Shown: one piece after another, positions 22,854-33,289 of the stretch | How the letters are laid out: every line of letters begins with the position of its first letter | Position numbering within the stretch: position 1 is the first letter of the stretch | Assembly: GCA_026914245.1 (NCBI GenBank) | Contig: CP110439.1 | Coordinates: forward strand, 3,162,001-3,226,000 | From: Puccinia triticina | Taxonomy: Eukaryota | Length of the DNA stretch: 64,000 nt | Direction of reading: 5' to 3' | Position numbers and translations under genes: made by a program | The notes under the pieces: model-generated | What the model saw: the letters and a program-made list of their open reading frames with translations, nothing else | Told to the model about the DNA's origin: nothing | Databases searched by the model: none

Positions 22854-25321
22854 CTAATGGGATGGAGATTGATCATAGTGGGTAGGGATTAAAGTCTGCG
22901 CCCCAGTCAAGAGCTGCCGAGCTAGAGGTATCGGATAGTTCATGGACTGTAACTCCGCCAGGTTGGTCTCCGCGAAGAAGCTCCAATGGCTGACCAGCGA
23001 GATGTTGATTAACGCCCAAGGGTTTGGGTTGTTTGGATGAAAATTGCAGTGGTCAAGGAATTGCTCCATTGTGAGCGCGCGGCCAGCAGCGTTGAGGTGT
23101 CCGGGGTACTGATGGCCATAGCTATTCTTGGGCGAAGAATTGGATACCCACCCGTCTAGGGAGTCCACCTCAGTCGGTTCGATCCCAGAGACTTCCGGGC
23201 GGGTGGCTGCGGAGCGGCCCGAGCCTAGCTGGATAGCGGAAGACGCCCCGGACCCCGGAGCCTTGCAAGTTGGGGATTTAGCGTCCCGGCGAGGCGGTGA
23301 GCGGTGTCGGTTGAATTGAAGTCAACTCAGTGTGTGAGCTACCCCGTTGGTGGCCGGGCTGCGCGGTAGTTTGCGGACAGGCGACCGGTCGATCGCCAGG
23401 TGTTCTTTTCCACCAGAGACGCACTCGATTTCCGTGCTGGCCACGGAGATTGACTGCTGTGGGGACTTAGCTGGTGGCCGGGCGAAGGGGCGCAGTGCAC
23501 GCTCCATTGCGTCATGCTCGGCTGGGTCCTCAGGGTAGTGATCGGTGTCCGACGAGTTGGCCTGCGACTCGGAGGGCGACCCCGGGGCACTTGGGCTCAG
23601 GCGGTCCAGCTCGTTGACGTCAGGCAACCCCTGAGGGGATTCTGATTGGATGGGCACCCCCACCCGGGCGTTTATGGGGACGCGTGGTTGGGATATAGGA
23701 GCCATCTCGCCGTCGCAAGGATCCCCCCAATAGGACACGGCGGGCACTGGGATCCGAGGTGAAGGGGGTTGAATCGGTGGCGGCGCCGCTTGGGGTGTAC
23801 TGGTTGTTGCCCGCGAGGCCCCCGCCTTCGCGCGATCCGAACCAACCCAAGCCGGCGTCGGTGTATCATGGATCATCCAGGGGGGGCGGACGATCCCGTT
23901 TGCGGTGACCCGGGCTGTAGTGAACTTTGGGGTGGCGGAGTTGGATTTGGCGGCCTTGCCGCCGCCTTTGCCTTTGCGATGGATCGGCGCCTTTTCGGCG
24001 ACCTCGTCTAGGGTGAGGATGGGAACTTTTTCGCTTACGAAGTCCTTTGACCTGGGGGGATTGTCGTAGTCCACTCCTGGGGCCCCGTGACAGATGGCCC
24101 GTGCCCACTGCCACAAGTTATTCGTGTAGATCGGAATCGAGGCCTTGGACGAATTGAGCGGGTCTTTAATCCGGAGGTTCTCGGTGTTCCCACCGTACTT
24201 CGCGATAATGTGCGCTGTCAGGTCGCCCACAATCTGTATTACCTCAGCTGAGTCTACATCGGCCTTTGGCTGAGGAGGCAGTCAGCATCCAAAACCAGCA
24301 ATGAACGTAAGTAGACCGTAAAGACCGTAAGGATGACTTACGTTCATCACCAAGCGAGTCGCCTTACGTTGCAGCGCCAGGCGCGTTTCCTCTGGCGCAT
24401 GAATAAGGGCCAGGTTTTCGTCTTGAGCTCGCACCTTTGGGGAAAGGTTACAAAAGTCAGCCCATCCAATCAAAAGCTCCAAATGAGAAAGAGTGATCTC
24501 ACCGCGGCAGCCTGCTTCTCCAGGACTGATGGGTCCTGCATGGTGATTTTCACTTTGACCTCATTCCCGGGGTTGCGAGCTACCTCTGTCACGAAGTTCG
24601 ACCATTCTTCCTCGGATGTGACTGCCGTGTTGCGGGCGACTCCGAAAACACAATTGTTGTGGATCGTGCACCGCCACTGGATCTTATTGCCCTCCAACTC
24701 CAACTTCCTCAAATGCGTGCAGACATGTTCGCGATCGACCGACACCCTCGTGATGAAATCTCGTTTGAACAAGTCAAACGAGTAGTCCGAGAGGTGGACC
24801 ATCCAGGTAATGACGCCTGCGTGGCCTAACTTTGACCATTTGGGCACGGCCGGCGTCGGTTTCCCCTTCTGAGCTAGGGCGATCTCGTGGGCAACAGAAG
24901 GGGCAAAAACCGCAAATTCAAGGATGATTGCCCTTGGAGGGCCCTTGAATTTGGACGCGGCGGATTCCTTTGATTGCTGCTGGCGTGGTGGGTGGGCGGG
25001 AGAGGCGACCTGGGAGCGCGGCGGCGAGGAGTGGGGTTGCGGCTGCAAGTTGGGCGGTACTTGGGGTGGTTGTGGATACGCATGCAGCGGCTGTGGTCGC
25101 GGGGCAGGCGCCTGGCTGTTGGGTAGCCCGTGATTTGGGGAAGGAAGGGGCTGGGTTTGCGATTGCGACGGGAACGCCTGCGTTTGCAACTGGTCGAATA
25201 GCACGTACGATCTTGAGTCGGGTACATCGCCCAGAGACGGCCCCAAGTAGGATTCTTGGGTGCCGCCGGGCTTGTTTGCAAAGGGGAGTGGCGGGATTCG
25301 TGAGTCAAACTGGTGGTCCAT
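22854..25321 (-). pseudogene. Tc1-borne accessory gene of unknown function (3 exons; one in-frame TGA at 23322-23324)
   Basis: ORFs 24470-25321, part of 24282-24482, 23322-24230 and 22854-23168 join through two GT-AG introns and read-through of one TGA. The last two ORFs are in the same frame, 51 codons apart. Confidence 0.7.
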
Positions 25322-26850
25322 CGGCCGTTGATACCTGAGCGTGTGAGATCCCCAGGGGATGTCAGCCGGAGGATGAAGAATAACGAAGTTCCAAATTTAC
25401 ATACCTGCAAAGCGGGCAAATGCTCTGCTGCGGGGTGTTTGACTGATCTCGGCTGGTCCAATGGTTTCGGGCCTGGGGGGAGGGTGCAGAGGTCGGTGGG
25501 TCAGCCAAAGCCAGGAAGGAGAGACGAGGGAGGGATTGAGAAACTCACAACGGGCTGAGTGGGGGGGGGGGATTTGGGGGGCTGGGGGATCGAGGATGGC
25601 TGGGGTGGGTGCGGCCGGAATGGGGGGGGGATATGGTGCCGGCATCGGGGGGTGGGGGGTATGGAAACCACAGAGAGATACAGGTCCTGTATCTCTCTGT
25701 GGCTTTGTTTGGGTGTGGCTTTTTCTGAGCCTGGGGGTTGGATTTTCAGACCCCCCAAACGCAAGCTTTTTCGTATCTGCTGTATGCAGCCCCTCGAAAA
25801 GAAAGTTCGAGGGGCAGCAGCTCCGGTGTGGAACTCCGTCCGTGCCAGGCGGCGGCAGTTGTTGGAGGGGAAAAGGTTGGGAAATGCCCTCCGGGGATTG
25901 GTCGCGGGAAGAAGGGGGGATCTGTAAGCGATGAGGTAGGGGGGTGTTTGATTTACGACGGCGATTGAGCGCGCGTCGGCGGGGTTGTGAGTTGAGAGGA
26001 GAAAGAAAAAAAAAAAGGAAACCGGGAAGGATGATGAAAGTTTGGGATGTCGCGGTCGTCGAAGTGCGCCGGAAGGCGGGGTCAGGAAGAATGAGGATCG
26101 ACAAGAAAAAACGCCACGTGCGTGATGAAAGAGTATCCCGATCGTTGGGATGGATAAGGCTCAGAAGGCGCTCCGAGTGCGCTGATAAGGTGATCCGTAA
26201 AAATTTTGATAGGAAGATTATGGTTCAGGGTCTTCCCGTGCCGTCCCATTGTCTAAGTTCGAACAGAACTTAGACTCCGGGCGCAGCACGCAGCGGGACC
26301 TTCATCATACACCCACGCGCGCAACAAACACAAAAGAGAGGAAACAGACAAAAGGAAACAAAACACAAAACCAAACCAACCCAGCACATAGCACAACCAT
26401 CCAACACGCGCATATGAGAAATGAAACAACAACTGAGAGCGAAAAAAAATAAAAATAAAAGAAAGCAAGGAAACAAAAGAAAAGATCCAAAAGCAATTGT
26501 AGAAAGGGAACCAGCGCGCCAAAGATCCGGAAAGATTGAGTCCTGAAACGGGTTACATCCGGGAAAATTGATCCTCCACGCGTCTTGATGTCTCCCGCGC
26601 GCCGTCGCGAGTTCTAAAGTTGACCCCGCGTGTACAAGATTGAACACCACATCTCCTCCCCAAATGCAGTCTGTCCCTAGACTGCTGCGCGCCTGTCGCC
26701 GAAAATTGAACTGAAATCCGCGCCTAAGAGGTCCAGAAAGAGAAGGAAAAGAAACCAAGGGCCGCCGCGGTGCTCACAAATGTGGCATAGAGTAGAGTTT
26801 TCGAAAATACTTAAGAGCATCTAGCCCGGAGGTGCACAACTGGAGAGAAC

Positions 26851-29800
26851 TTACTTTTGTTCTCCAGTGCCTCCACGCGAAAAGTAGCGCTTCACCTGAT
26901 CCGCCGAAAATCGTCGTTTAAGTTCCGTCCCATCCAACTCCGCCAGGACATAGGATCCACCCTGGACCTGTTTCACGACGCGATAGGGACCGTTCCACCT
27001 ATGCGCGAAAAGTTGGCCCCACTGAACCTCGAGAGATCGATTGTACGCCAAAACTAGCTCGCCCGTCTTGAAAGGTTCCCGCTGATGACCCGCGCGCCTT
27101 TCCTCCCAGTACCGGACTGACTCGCCCCTCGATTCCATCATCTTCTGGTACGCCTTGCCACGCGTTTCCTCGCTGCGCTCCAATTGAAGGGAACGCGCCG
27201 CCAGCAGATCGGTAGTATTCGTCACCGACTCCCAATCGACGCCTAAGAAAGATTCCATCTCTAGATCTAAGGGAAGAACGGCCCGCTGGCCAAAAACCAG
27301 CTCGAATGGGGAATAGCCGGTGGTCTGTTTGGTCGAGATTCTATCCGCAAAGAGCACCAAGGGAAGAAATTTCCGGCAGTTCTTGCCGCTCTCGCCAGCC
27401 AATTTCACCAGGGCGGCTTTGAGTGGCCCGTGCCCGCGCTCAACCATACCCTGACTTTCAGGGTAGTAAGGAGTAGAAACACGATGGTGCCCGGGAAGTG
27501 CCCGCAACATGTCGGCCAACGCGCCGCCGAATTCCGATCCACCGTCAGTCGAATATGATTGTGCTAGCCCGTAACACATCGTCCAATGTTCTTGTAGGAA
27601 TGTAGCCACAGCCTCTGAGGTCAAATTATTGAGAATTTTGGCTTCCACCCAGCCAGAGAAGTCGTCCCGTGCGACAATGAGATATTTGGCGCCGCTAGCT
27701 TTCAAATGAACTGCGTCCATCGAGACGCGACCAAAGACCGTGGACTCTCCAGTCGGGTAATGAACTTCTTGAGGCCGACGGAGGTCCCTCTTTTGACATG
27801 CGTCACAACTCTGACACCATTTCACTACGGCCTGCTTGAGCGAAGGCCACCAAAAGCGCTCCGCCACACGGCGATAAGTTTCCGTAGTGCCTCGGTGGCC
27901 CAGGCTTTCATGGAGCTGATTGAGGATCTCGTCCTGTTTTGCGGGAATGGTTACGACAATCTTTGGCAGGGGGCTTCCTCTCTTCATGAGGCGCCCGGAC
28001 TGTAAGAAGAACTCCGCTGATCTGCGCTTCAAAGCACGAAAGTCTTTAGCATTCATCTCCTTAGGCTTAGATAACGTGGCCAGAAAACTCTCCATCATCC
28101 GCCAATAGCCCTCCTGAAACCCAGTATACTCTCCTTGAGCACCAGACGCGCCGACGTATCGAGGATGAATGAGAGGTGCGTCTTCATCGAACTCAGCATC
28201 TGGGATGGACTCATCGTCCTCCATCGGTCGTCGAGACAGCCCGTCCGGCATGGTAAAAGATTTACCCGGACGGTGAACGATGTCGAAGGAAAAAAGCTGA
28301 ATAAAAGCCACCCAGCGCGTCATCGGGGCGTTGGGTAAGCTGGGGGAGTTAATCATCTGGATCAAAGAGATCGCGTCGACTTGGAGCTCAAAATGCTGCC
28401 CCCAAAGAACGGTCTGCAGCTTCTTGAGTATCCGCGCTACACCACACAATTCGAGCTTTGGCTGAGAGTAACGCGACTCGACATCCGAAAACAAAAGAGA
28501 CTCGTAGAGAGCGGGGCGATCAAGGCCATTTGAATCTTGCTGGGTGAGAACCGCACCCGCCGCGTGGAAGCTGGAATCCACCGCCAGTTTGATCTTGCCT
28601 GCATCCGGGCCGTATTCGATTTTGACCAGCACAATGTCCTTGCCTACAATCAACTTGAGCTTTTCAAACGCCGCGTCGCACTCCGCCGACCAAATCCAAT
28701 CCACGTCCTTCCGCGTAAGGCGTCGCAGCGGAAGACATATTTCCGAAAGTGCCGGAATAAAAATGCGAACGTAGACCACAACCCCCAGGAAACCTCGAAT
28801 TTCCGTCGCGTTAGCCGGAGTTGGCCAAGAGAGAATTTTATTAACTTTAGTCTTCGCCATTCTCCGGCCCTCCTTGCATACTACATGGCCCACGATCTCG
28901 AGAGCCGGCACGCAAGCTGCCAATTTAGCCGCAGAAACCGTGAGTCCGCTTTCTTCGATTCGAAAAAGAATCCGTTCAAGGGTTGTCGCGTACTCCCAAA
29001 TGAAACGCCGAATACCAGAGTGCCAAGTGAGAACTTCATTGTTGTAGTCGGACGCTGGCCCCTTGATGCCGCCGTCGTCGATGAAAATACCAGCATGATC
29101 AGGGATCTCCTCTTGGAGGATCCACATCATCTGAGCCTGGTACACGGCCACAGAATTCGTGGCTCCTTGAGGGAGGCGAGTGAGCTGAAAACGCCCCAAC
29201 GGAGTATCGAAAGTGGTTAAAGGACGAGAGATAGGGTCGAGCGCGCGCTCATCATATCCTCCCATTATGTCTCCCAAACCGTAACAAGCACGGCCGGCGA
29301 AGGATTCGACGAAGTCTTCTGTAGCAGGGGGAACTCCGGCATCTTTAATAGTCACCTTGTTTAGCGGCTGAAGGTCGTGAACTATACGCAGTTTACCGTT
29401 ACTCTTAAGCACGCAGAAGACCAGAGATGAGTAGCTTGAGGTAGACTGCTCGTACAAGCCCGTAGTAACCCGCTCACGGACACGGCTAATGAATTCGTCT
29501 AACATAGCGGCCGGGATTGGTATCTTTTTCTTCTGCCACGGCTCGTGTTCGACAACGGGAATGATGTAGGGTAACCCGTATGAATCCTTCAAGAGGCCAC
29601 GCTCTGACTCGTCAAAGGCTATGGCTAGATTACGTTCGGCTAAGACATTCTTGATAACATTCAACTCATCAGGCCATAGCCACCCGTCCGGTCCGAAATT
29701 CACGACTTCAAGCCGGTCTGCAGTGACGCGTCCGCGCGGTACGAAAGAGCCGGCTAGAGAACGCGGGAGGGGCCGATAAGGATCGCGTGATAGAGGAGGT

Positions 29801-30870
29801 CGACGCAAAGGAGGATTTAGACCTTGAGGCATGGCCTGATTGACCGGCTTAACCTTCCTCGAAACCGGCTTATACTTCGCCGCAAACGTGAGGAACTCGC
29901 CCCGCGACCACGCATCCACCAGCGCAAGTTGCTCTTGGAACTTCAAACCGCACTCCATCAGTGTCCACGTGCGGTGTTCGGCGCGATCTTCGAAGGGTGC
30001 CTTGTCTGAAAACGAAAAACGAGGCGAATGTCCTTTGCTCACGACTGTGGCACGCGGTAGGGTACAACAACTTGGTATAGCATCACGCTCCGGAGGTGCA
30101 CTTTGGTTGGAACTTACTTTCAGTCCAAAGTCCCTCCACGGTGCCCCAAATTCCACTTCACCTCCCTCGCAAAATAAAGAAAATCGTAGATTCACCTCAT
30201 TGCGGAGGATCTTTAGTTTTTCCTCGTTGCGGAGGCTCGGGAGTTTAGACTCATCGCGGAGTCTAGTTTTACCCTCATTGCGGAGGACGCCATAGGACGT
30301 ATCTAGTTTATTCTCTTCGCAGAGAGGGGATTGAGACGCTAGTTTATTCTCGTCGCGGAGACGGGATTGAGACGCTAGTTTATTCTCGTCGCGGAGACGA
30401 GTTTGAGAAGATGGGAAGTCGCCTAAAACGGGAGATAGAGGCGAACAACCGGCGAGGCTCACAGATGTGGCATGTAATGCTAATGACGACGTAGTAGAAC
30501 CCTGGGAGGTGCATAACTGGGAGGAACTTACTTCCTGTCTCCCAAACCTCCGCGAATTTCCCATATCCTCCATTCCACCCTGCTCCAATAAACCATCGCC
30601 GAAAGAAAACGCGCCAAGAGCCGCGCCAGAGAAAGAAAAAAGACCGTGAGAAAGAACGCCAATAGAGCCGGAAAAAAGAAGTGACCTGAGATCTGAAGAT
30701 ATGTTTTTGAGAGGTTTAGTGTTTTCTTCATGTTTTTTCGATTTGATATTTTGATTATTGGACGAGAAAATGGAACAAAGCCGGTGAATCTCTTGATGAT
30801 GAGTTGATCCAGCGGCGCGTGGGCGAGATCCTAGATTAACACGGCCACTTGACAGATCAACTTTACTCAT
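26851..30870 (-). CDS. Gypsy Pol (RT-RNase H-integrase) with a ~320-aa N-terminal spacer and no chromodomain
   Basis: Open 1339-aa ORF with LRIVHDLQPLN, LPQGATNS, IFIDD, LAVDSS, HHCC zinc finger, VSMD...STDGGSEF...QGMVER and WNGPYRV. Confidence 0.95.
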   Translation of the reverse strand: MSKVDLSSGRVNLGSRPRAAGSTHHQEIHRLCSIFSSNNQNIKSKKHEENTKPLKNISSDLRSLLFSGSIGVLSHGLFSFSGAALGAFSFGDGLLEQGGMEDMGNSRRFGRQEVSSSQLCTSQGSTTSSLALHATSVSLAGCSPLSPVLGDFPSSQTRLRDENKLASQSRLRDENKLASQSPLCEENKLDTSYGVLRNEGKTRLRDESKLPSLRNEEKLKILRNEVNLRFSLFCEGGEVEFGAPWRDFGLKVSSNQSAPPERDAIPSCCTLPRATVVSKGHSPRFSFSDKAPFEDRAEHRTWTLMECGLKFQEQLALVDAWSRGEFLTFAAKYKPVSRKVKPVNQAMPQGLNPPLRRPPLSRDPYRPLPRSLAGSFVPRGRVTADRLEVVNFGPDGWLWPDELNVIKNVLAERNLAIAFDESERGLLKDSYGLPYIIPVVEHEPWQKKKIPIPAAMLDEFISRVRERVTTGLYEQSTSSYSSLVFCVLKSNGKLRIVHDLQPLNKVTIKDAGVPPATEDFVESFAGRACYGLGDIMGGYDERALDPISRPLTTFDTPLGRFQLTRLPQGATNSVAVYQAQMMWILQEEIPDHAGIFIDDGGIKGPASDYNNEVLTWHSGIRRFIWEYATTLERILFRIEESGLTVSAAKLAACVPALEIVGHVVCKEGRRMAKTKVNKILSWPTPANATEIRGFLGVVVYVRIFIPALSEICLPLRRLTRKDVDWIWSAECDAAFEKLKLIVGKDIVLVKIEYGPDAGKIKLAVDSSFHAAGAVLTQQDSNGLDRPALYESLLFSDVESRYSQPKLELCGVARILKKLQTVLWGQHFELQVDAISLIQMINSPSLPNAPMTRWVAFIQLFSFDIVHRPGKSFTMPDGLSRRPMEDDESIPDAEFDEDAPLIHPRYVGASGAQGEYTGFQEGYWRMMESFLATLSKPKEMNAKDFRALKRRSAEFFLQSGRLMKRGSPLPKIVVTIPAKQDEILNQLHESLGHRGTTETYRRVAERFWWPSLKQAVVKWCQSCDACQKRDLRRPQEVHYPTGESTVFGRVSMDAVHLKASGAKYLIVARDDFSGWVEAKILNNLTSEAVATFLQEHWTMCYGLAQSYSTDGGSEFGGALADMLRALPGHHRVSTPYYPESQGMVERGHGPLKAALVKLAGESGKNCRKFLPLVLFADRISTKQTTGYSPFELVFGQRAVLPLDLEMESFLGVDWESVTNTTDLLAARSLQLERSEETRGKAYQKMMESRGESVRYWEERRAGHQREPFKTGELVLAYNRSLEVQWGQLFAHRWNGPYRVVKQVQGGSYVLAELDGTELKRRFSADQVKRYFSRGGTGEQK

Positions 30871-33002
30871 AAAAAATGACGCCCTTCGACAGGGTCGTCG
30901 CGCGCCGTGTTTGAGCGCGTCAGGATCGCCTTCTTCCCATTGCTAGGGAATTCGCGCTCCCACCGTCCCGAATCCGTCGCGCAGAGGGAAACCTCTATCC
31001 TCCTCCCATTTGAGTCCGGGAGCAAGATCCTCTCGCCTACTTCTGCCGAAAAGTTGAGAGTGGCGTCGAAATCCATGAGAAAGGGCCGCCCCAAGATCAT
31101 GGGCCCGGCCATTCGAGTGATCCAGAAGTGACACGTGCCCACGATGGATTTGCCAATGCGGAGCGGAACGTCCTCAGCGACACCAACCAGTTCACAGGCT
31201 TGATTGCCAATTCCGTAGACTGCTGAACTAAAGTTGACGCGCGGGCTAATATTGAACTTGTTAGCCATCGCATCCGAGATAAGGTTAAGCTGGGATCCAG
31301 AATCCACCAAAGGAGATGCATTACTCTCCTCGTCTCCCACCAAGCACGGCAAATAGCCCAACGGGCACGAGTAGAGCCGCGGCTCAAATCCGTTCGCCTT
31401 GAAATCCACGCCCTCAGCCAGAGTACCCGAAGAGACCTTCAGCTCCTCCGCTCCAACCTCTACGCGCTTGCGCGATACCCATCGCTTCATGCCTTCAGCG
31501 ACAGACGGTGCCACCGCTAAAAGCTCCGAAACCGACAAATCCGGAACCTTGAGACCGGAGATCTTCTTGAGCACGCCTTCGACGGCGTTTGGATGATCCT
31601 TGGAGATACCGCGCTCGAAGCGCACCTTGGGCGCAGCGCTAGCAGGCTTGGCTGGCTGCTCGGAAGAAGACTGCTCGGGAGAAGAAGGGCCCGCGGTCGG
31701 AGAAGCAGGAACCCTCTCAAACAATTCAGCTTCCATATCTGAGTCATCTACTTCAGAATTGGGAGCACGCGCCGTAGACTTTTTAACCGGCTTCCGCACG
31801 GCTGAAGGAGGAACCGCAGGCGCCTTGTAAGGATTTGGAGCCTCGTGCTTCTTTCGCGCAGGATCCGCCTCGTAGGATCCAGAAAAAGACTGCGAAGTGA
31901 CAGCCGGGGGGTACCAGGGATCGAGGGAGCCACACGTAGCGCGGAATTCCGGCGTGACTACGCTAGCGGTAGGGGGAGGTTGGAAAGAGGCGACCACATG
32001 ACGAATGGGCCGCGAGGAATCGAAAGGGATAAGTGCCCCGTTGGGCAAGAAGAAATTGTTGCCCTTCTGCTCGACCAGATTGGCTTCTTTGTCTTTCTTG
32101 AGCTCGAAACAGCGTCCGGTACCGTGCCCTTCACGGTGACAGTAGTAGCAAACCAAAGGACCGCGCTCCGCCGGCGGTACCTTGCCAGAGGACTGAGGAG
32201 GCTGAGCACCGTATTTCTTCTCCAAGCGCTGCTCAAAAGATTGCAGCATCTGGGAGATGTCGTCGATGGTAGCGGGTGGCTTCTCTGACGCGGCGGGAGC
32301 TTTAGGGCGACGATCTTGCTCAATCTTCCGCATGACGTCGTTGGCCTGCTGAAAAGGACCTGCGGGAACAGGTGAAGAAGTCCTTGCGTCTTCAAAAGTC
32401 AAAGCCGTTTGGCCTTTCATCACCTCCGCGACCGCGGTCTTCAAGATCTCGAAAGCGGGAAGCTTAAATCGGTTATCAAGGGTAGTGATCATAGTGTTAG
32501 CCTTGATCAGGTGATCTCTAACGCGCTCCTGAACTCCACTTGACAGCGATCGATAATAGAGAGTCCGAATTTCCTCCACTGAGTCAATATGGGCTTTGCG
32601 AAGAAGATAGGATTGTATCGGCTCCCAGACGCGCCGAAAGTCTTGATAATCCACCACAGACGAGACCCCACCCTTAGCAATCCACGATTGAGCCAAGGCC
32701 TCTAAATTCGGCAAGGTGAAACGCGCCGTGTCGACCTGGCCCCAGTACGCGAGCATGGCAGCCTTGAGCGAAGTCCAATTCGGCGGGTCGTACCCGTCAA
32801 GAGTCTCCAACACGTCCTTGACCTCAACCTTGCGCACAAAGAAACGCACTTGCTGCGCCATATCAAACTCTGACGCGCCGTCCAAGTCCGCGGCCAGCTG
32901 GTAATCCGCTAGAAACCGCTCGACATGCGTACCGTCGAAACCCAAGCCTTTGTCCTGAGGCTTGATCTTCACGCGCCTTGCGCCTTCTACTGGGTCGGCC
33001 AT
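30867..33002 (-). CDS. Gypsy Gag-protease
   Basis: ATG at 33002 (MADPVEG...), CCHC knuckle CYYCHREGHGTGRC, aspartic protease LVDSGSQ...ILGRPF. Ends in T TTT TTA TGA overlapping the pol frame. Confidence 0.93.
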   Translation of the reverse strand: MADPVEGARRVKIKPQDKGLGFDGTHVERFLADYQLAADLDGASEFDMAQQVRFFVRKVEVKDVLETLDGYDPPNWTSLKAAMLAYWGQVDTARFTLPNLEALAQSWIAKGGVSSVVDYQDFRRVWEPIQSYLLRKAHIDSVEEIRTLYYRSLSSGVQERVRDHLIKANTMITTLDNRFKLPAFEILKTAVAEVMKGQTALTFEDARTSSPVPAGPFQQANDVMRKIEQDRRPKAPAASEKPPATIDDISQMLQSFEQRLEKKYGAQPPQSSGKVPPAERGPLVCYYCHREGHGTGRCFELKKDKEANLVEQKGNNFFLPNGALIPFDSSRPIRHVVASFQPPPTASVVTPEFRATCGSLDPWYPPAVTSQSFSGSYEADPARKKHEAPNPYKAPAVPPSAVRKPVKKSTARAPNSEVDDSDMEAELFERVPASPTAGPSSPEQSSSEQPAKPASAAPKVRFERGISKDHPNAVEGVLKKISGLKVPDLSVSELLAVAPSVAEGMKRWVSRKRVEVGAEELKVSSGTLAEGVDFKANGFEPRLYSCPLGYLPCLVGDEESNASPLVDSGSQLNLISDAMANKFNISPRVNFSSAVYGIGNQACELVGVAEDVPLRIGKSIVGTCHFWITRMAGPMILGRPFLMDFDATLNFSAEVGERILLPDSNGRRIEVSLCATDSGRWEREFPSNGKKAILTRSNTARDDPVEGRHFL

Positions 33003-33238
33003 CGCAAGCGAGGAAAAGAAACCTGATTGGAAAAGAGTATGCGAAAAATTCGAGTGGCTCACAGCGGTGGCTAAAGTAATGCTTTGACTTGTGTAGCAGA
33101 CGCCCTGGAGGTGCACAAACTGGGAGGACTTACTTCTAAGCTCCTATGCCTCCGCCGCTGAACACTACAAAAAAGAAAGAAAGAAAGAAAAGAAAGAAGA
33201 AAGAGGACCGCCAAGTGTCTCGAGACCGTGAAAAATCG

Positions 33239-33289
33239 GCGAGACTGTAAATCTTGAGGTCGCTGGTTCGATCCCGGCTCGGGGGACCA
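33239..33289 (-). promoter_or_regulatory. Extended primer-binding site complementary to the 3' two-thirds of mature tRNA-Tyr(GUA)
   Basis: The + strand reads GCGAGACTGTAAATCTTGAGGTCGCTGGTTCGATCCCGGCTCGGGGGACCA: anticodon arm, T-arm and CCA, 2 nt from the 5' LTR. Confidence 0.85.

Larger units (their letters stand above)
20496..25782. mobile_element. Tc1/mariner (IS630-Tc1, DD34E) element with ~330-bp TIRs and a second gene
   Basis: Near-perfect TIRs 20496-20823 and 25454-25782 (CAGCAGATACG...), with a TA TSD on both sides. Confidence 0.93.

Noticed and set aside
33239..33289. Functional tRNA-Tyr gene (also 47006-47056)
   Set aside because: The 5' acceptor strand and D-arm are missing, CCA is encoded and it abuts an LTR, so it is a PBS.
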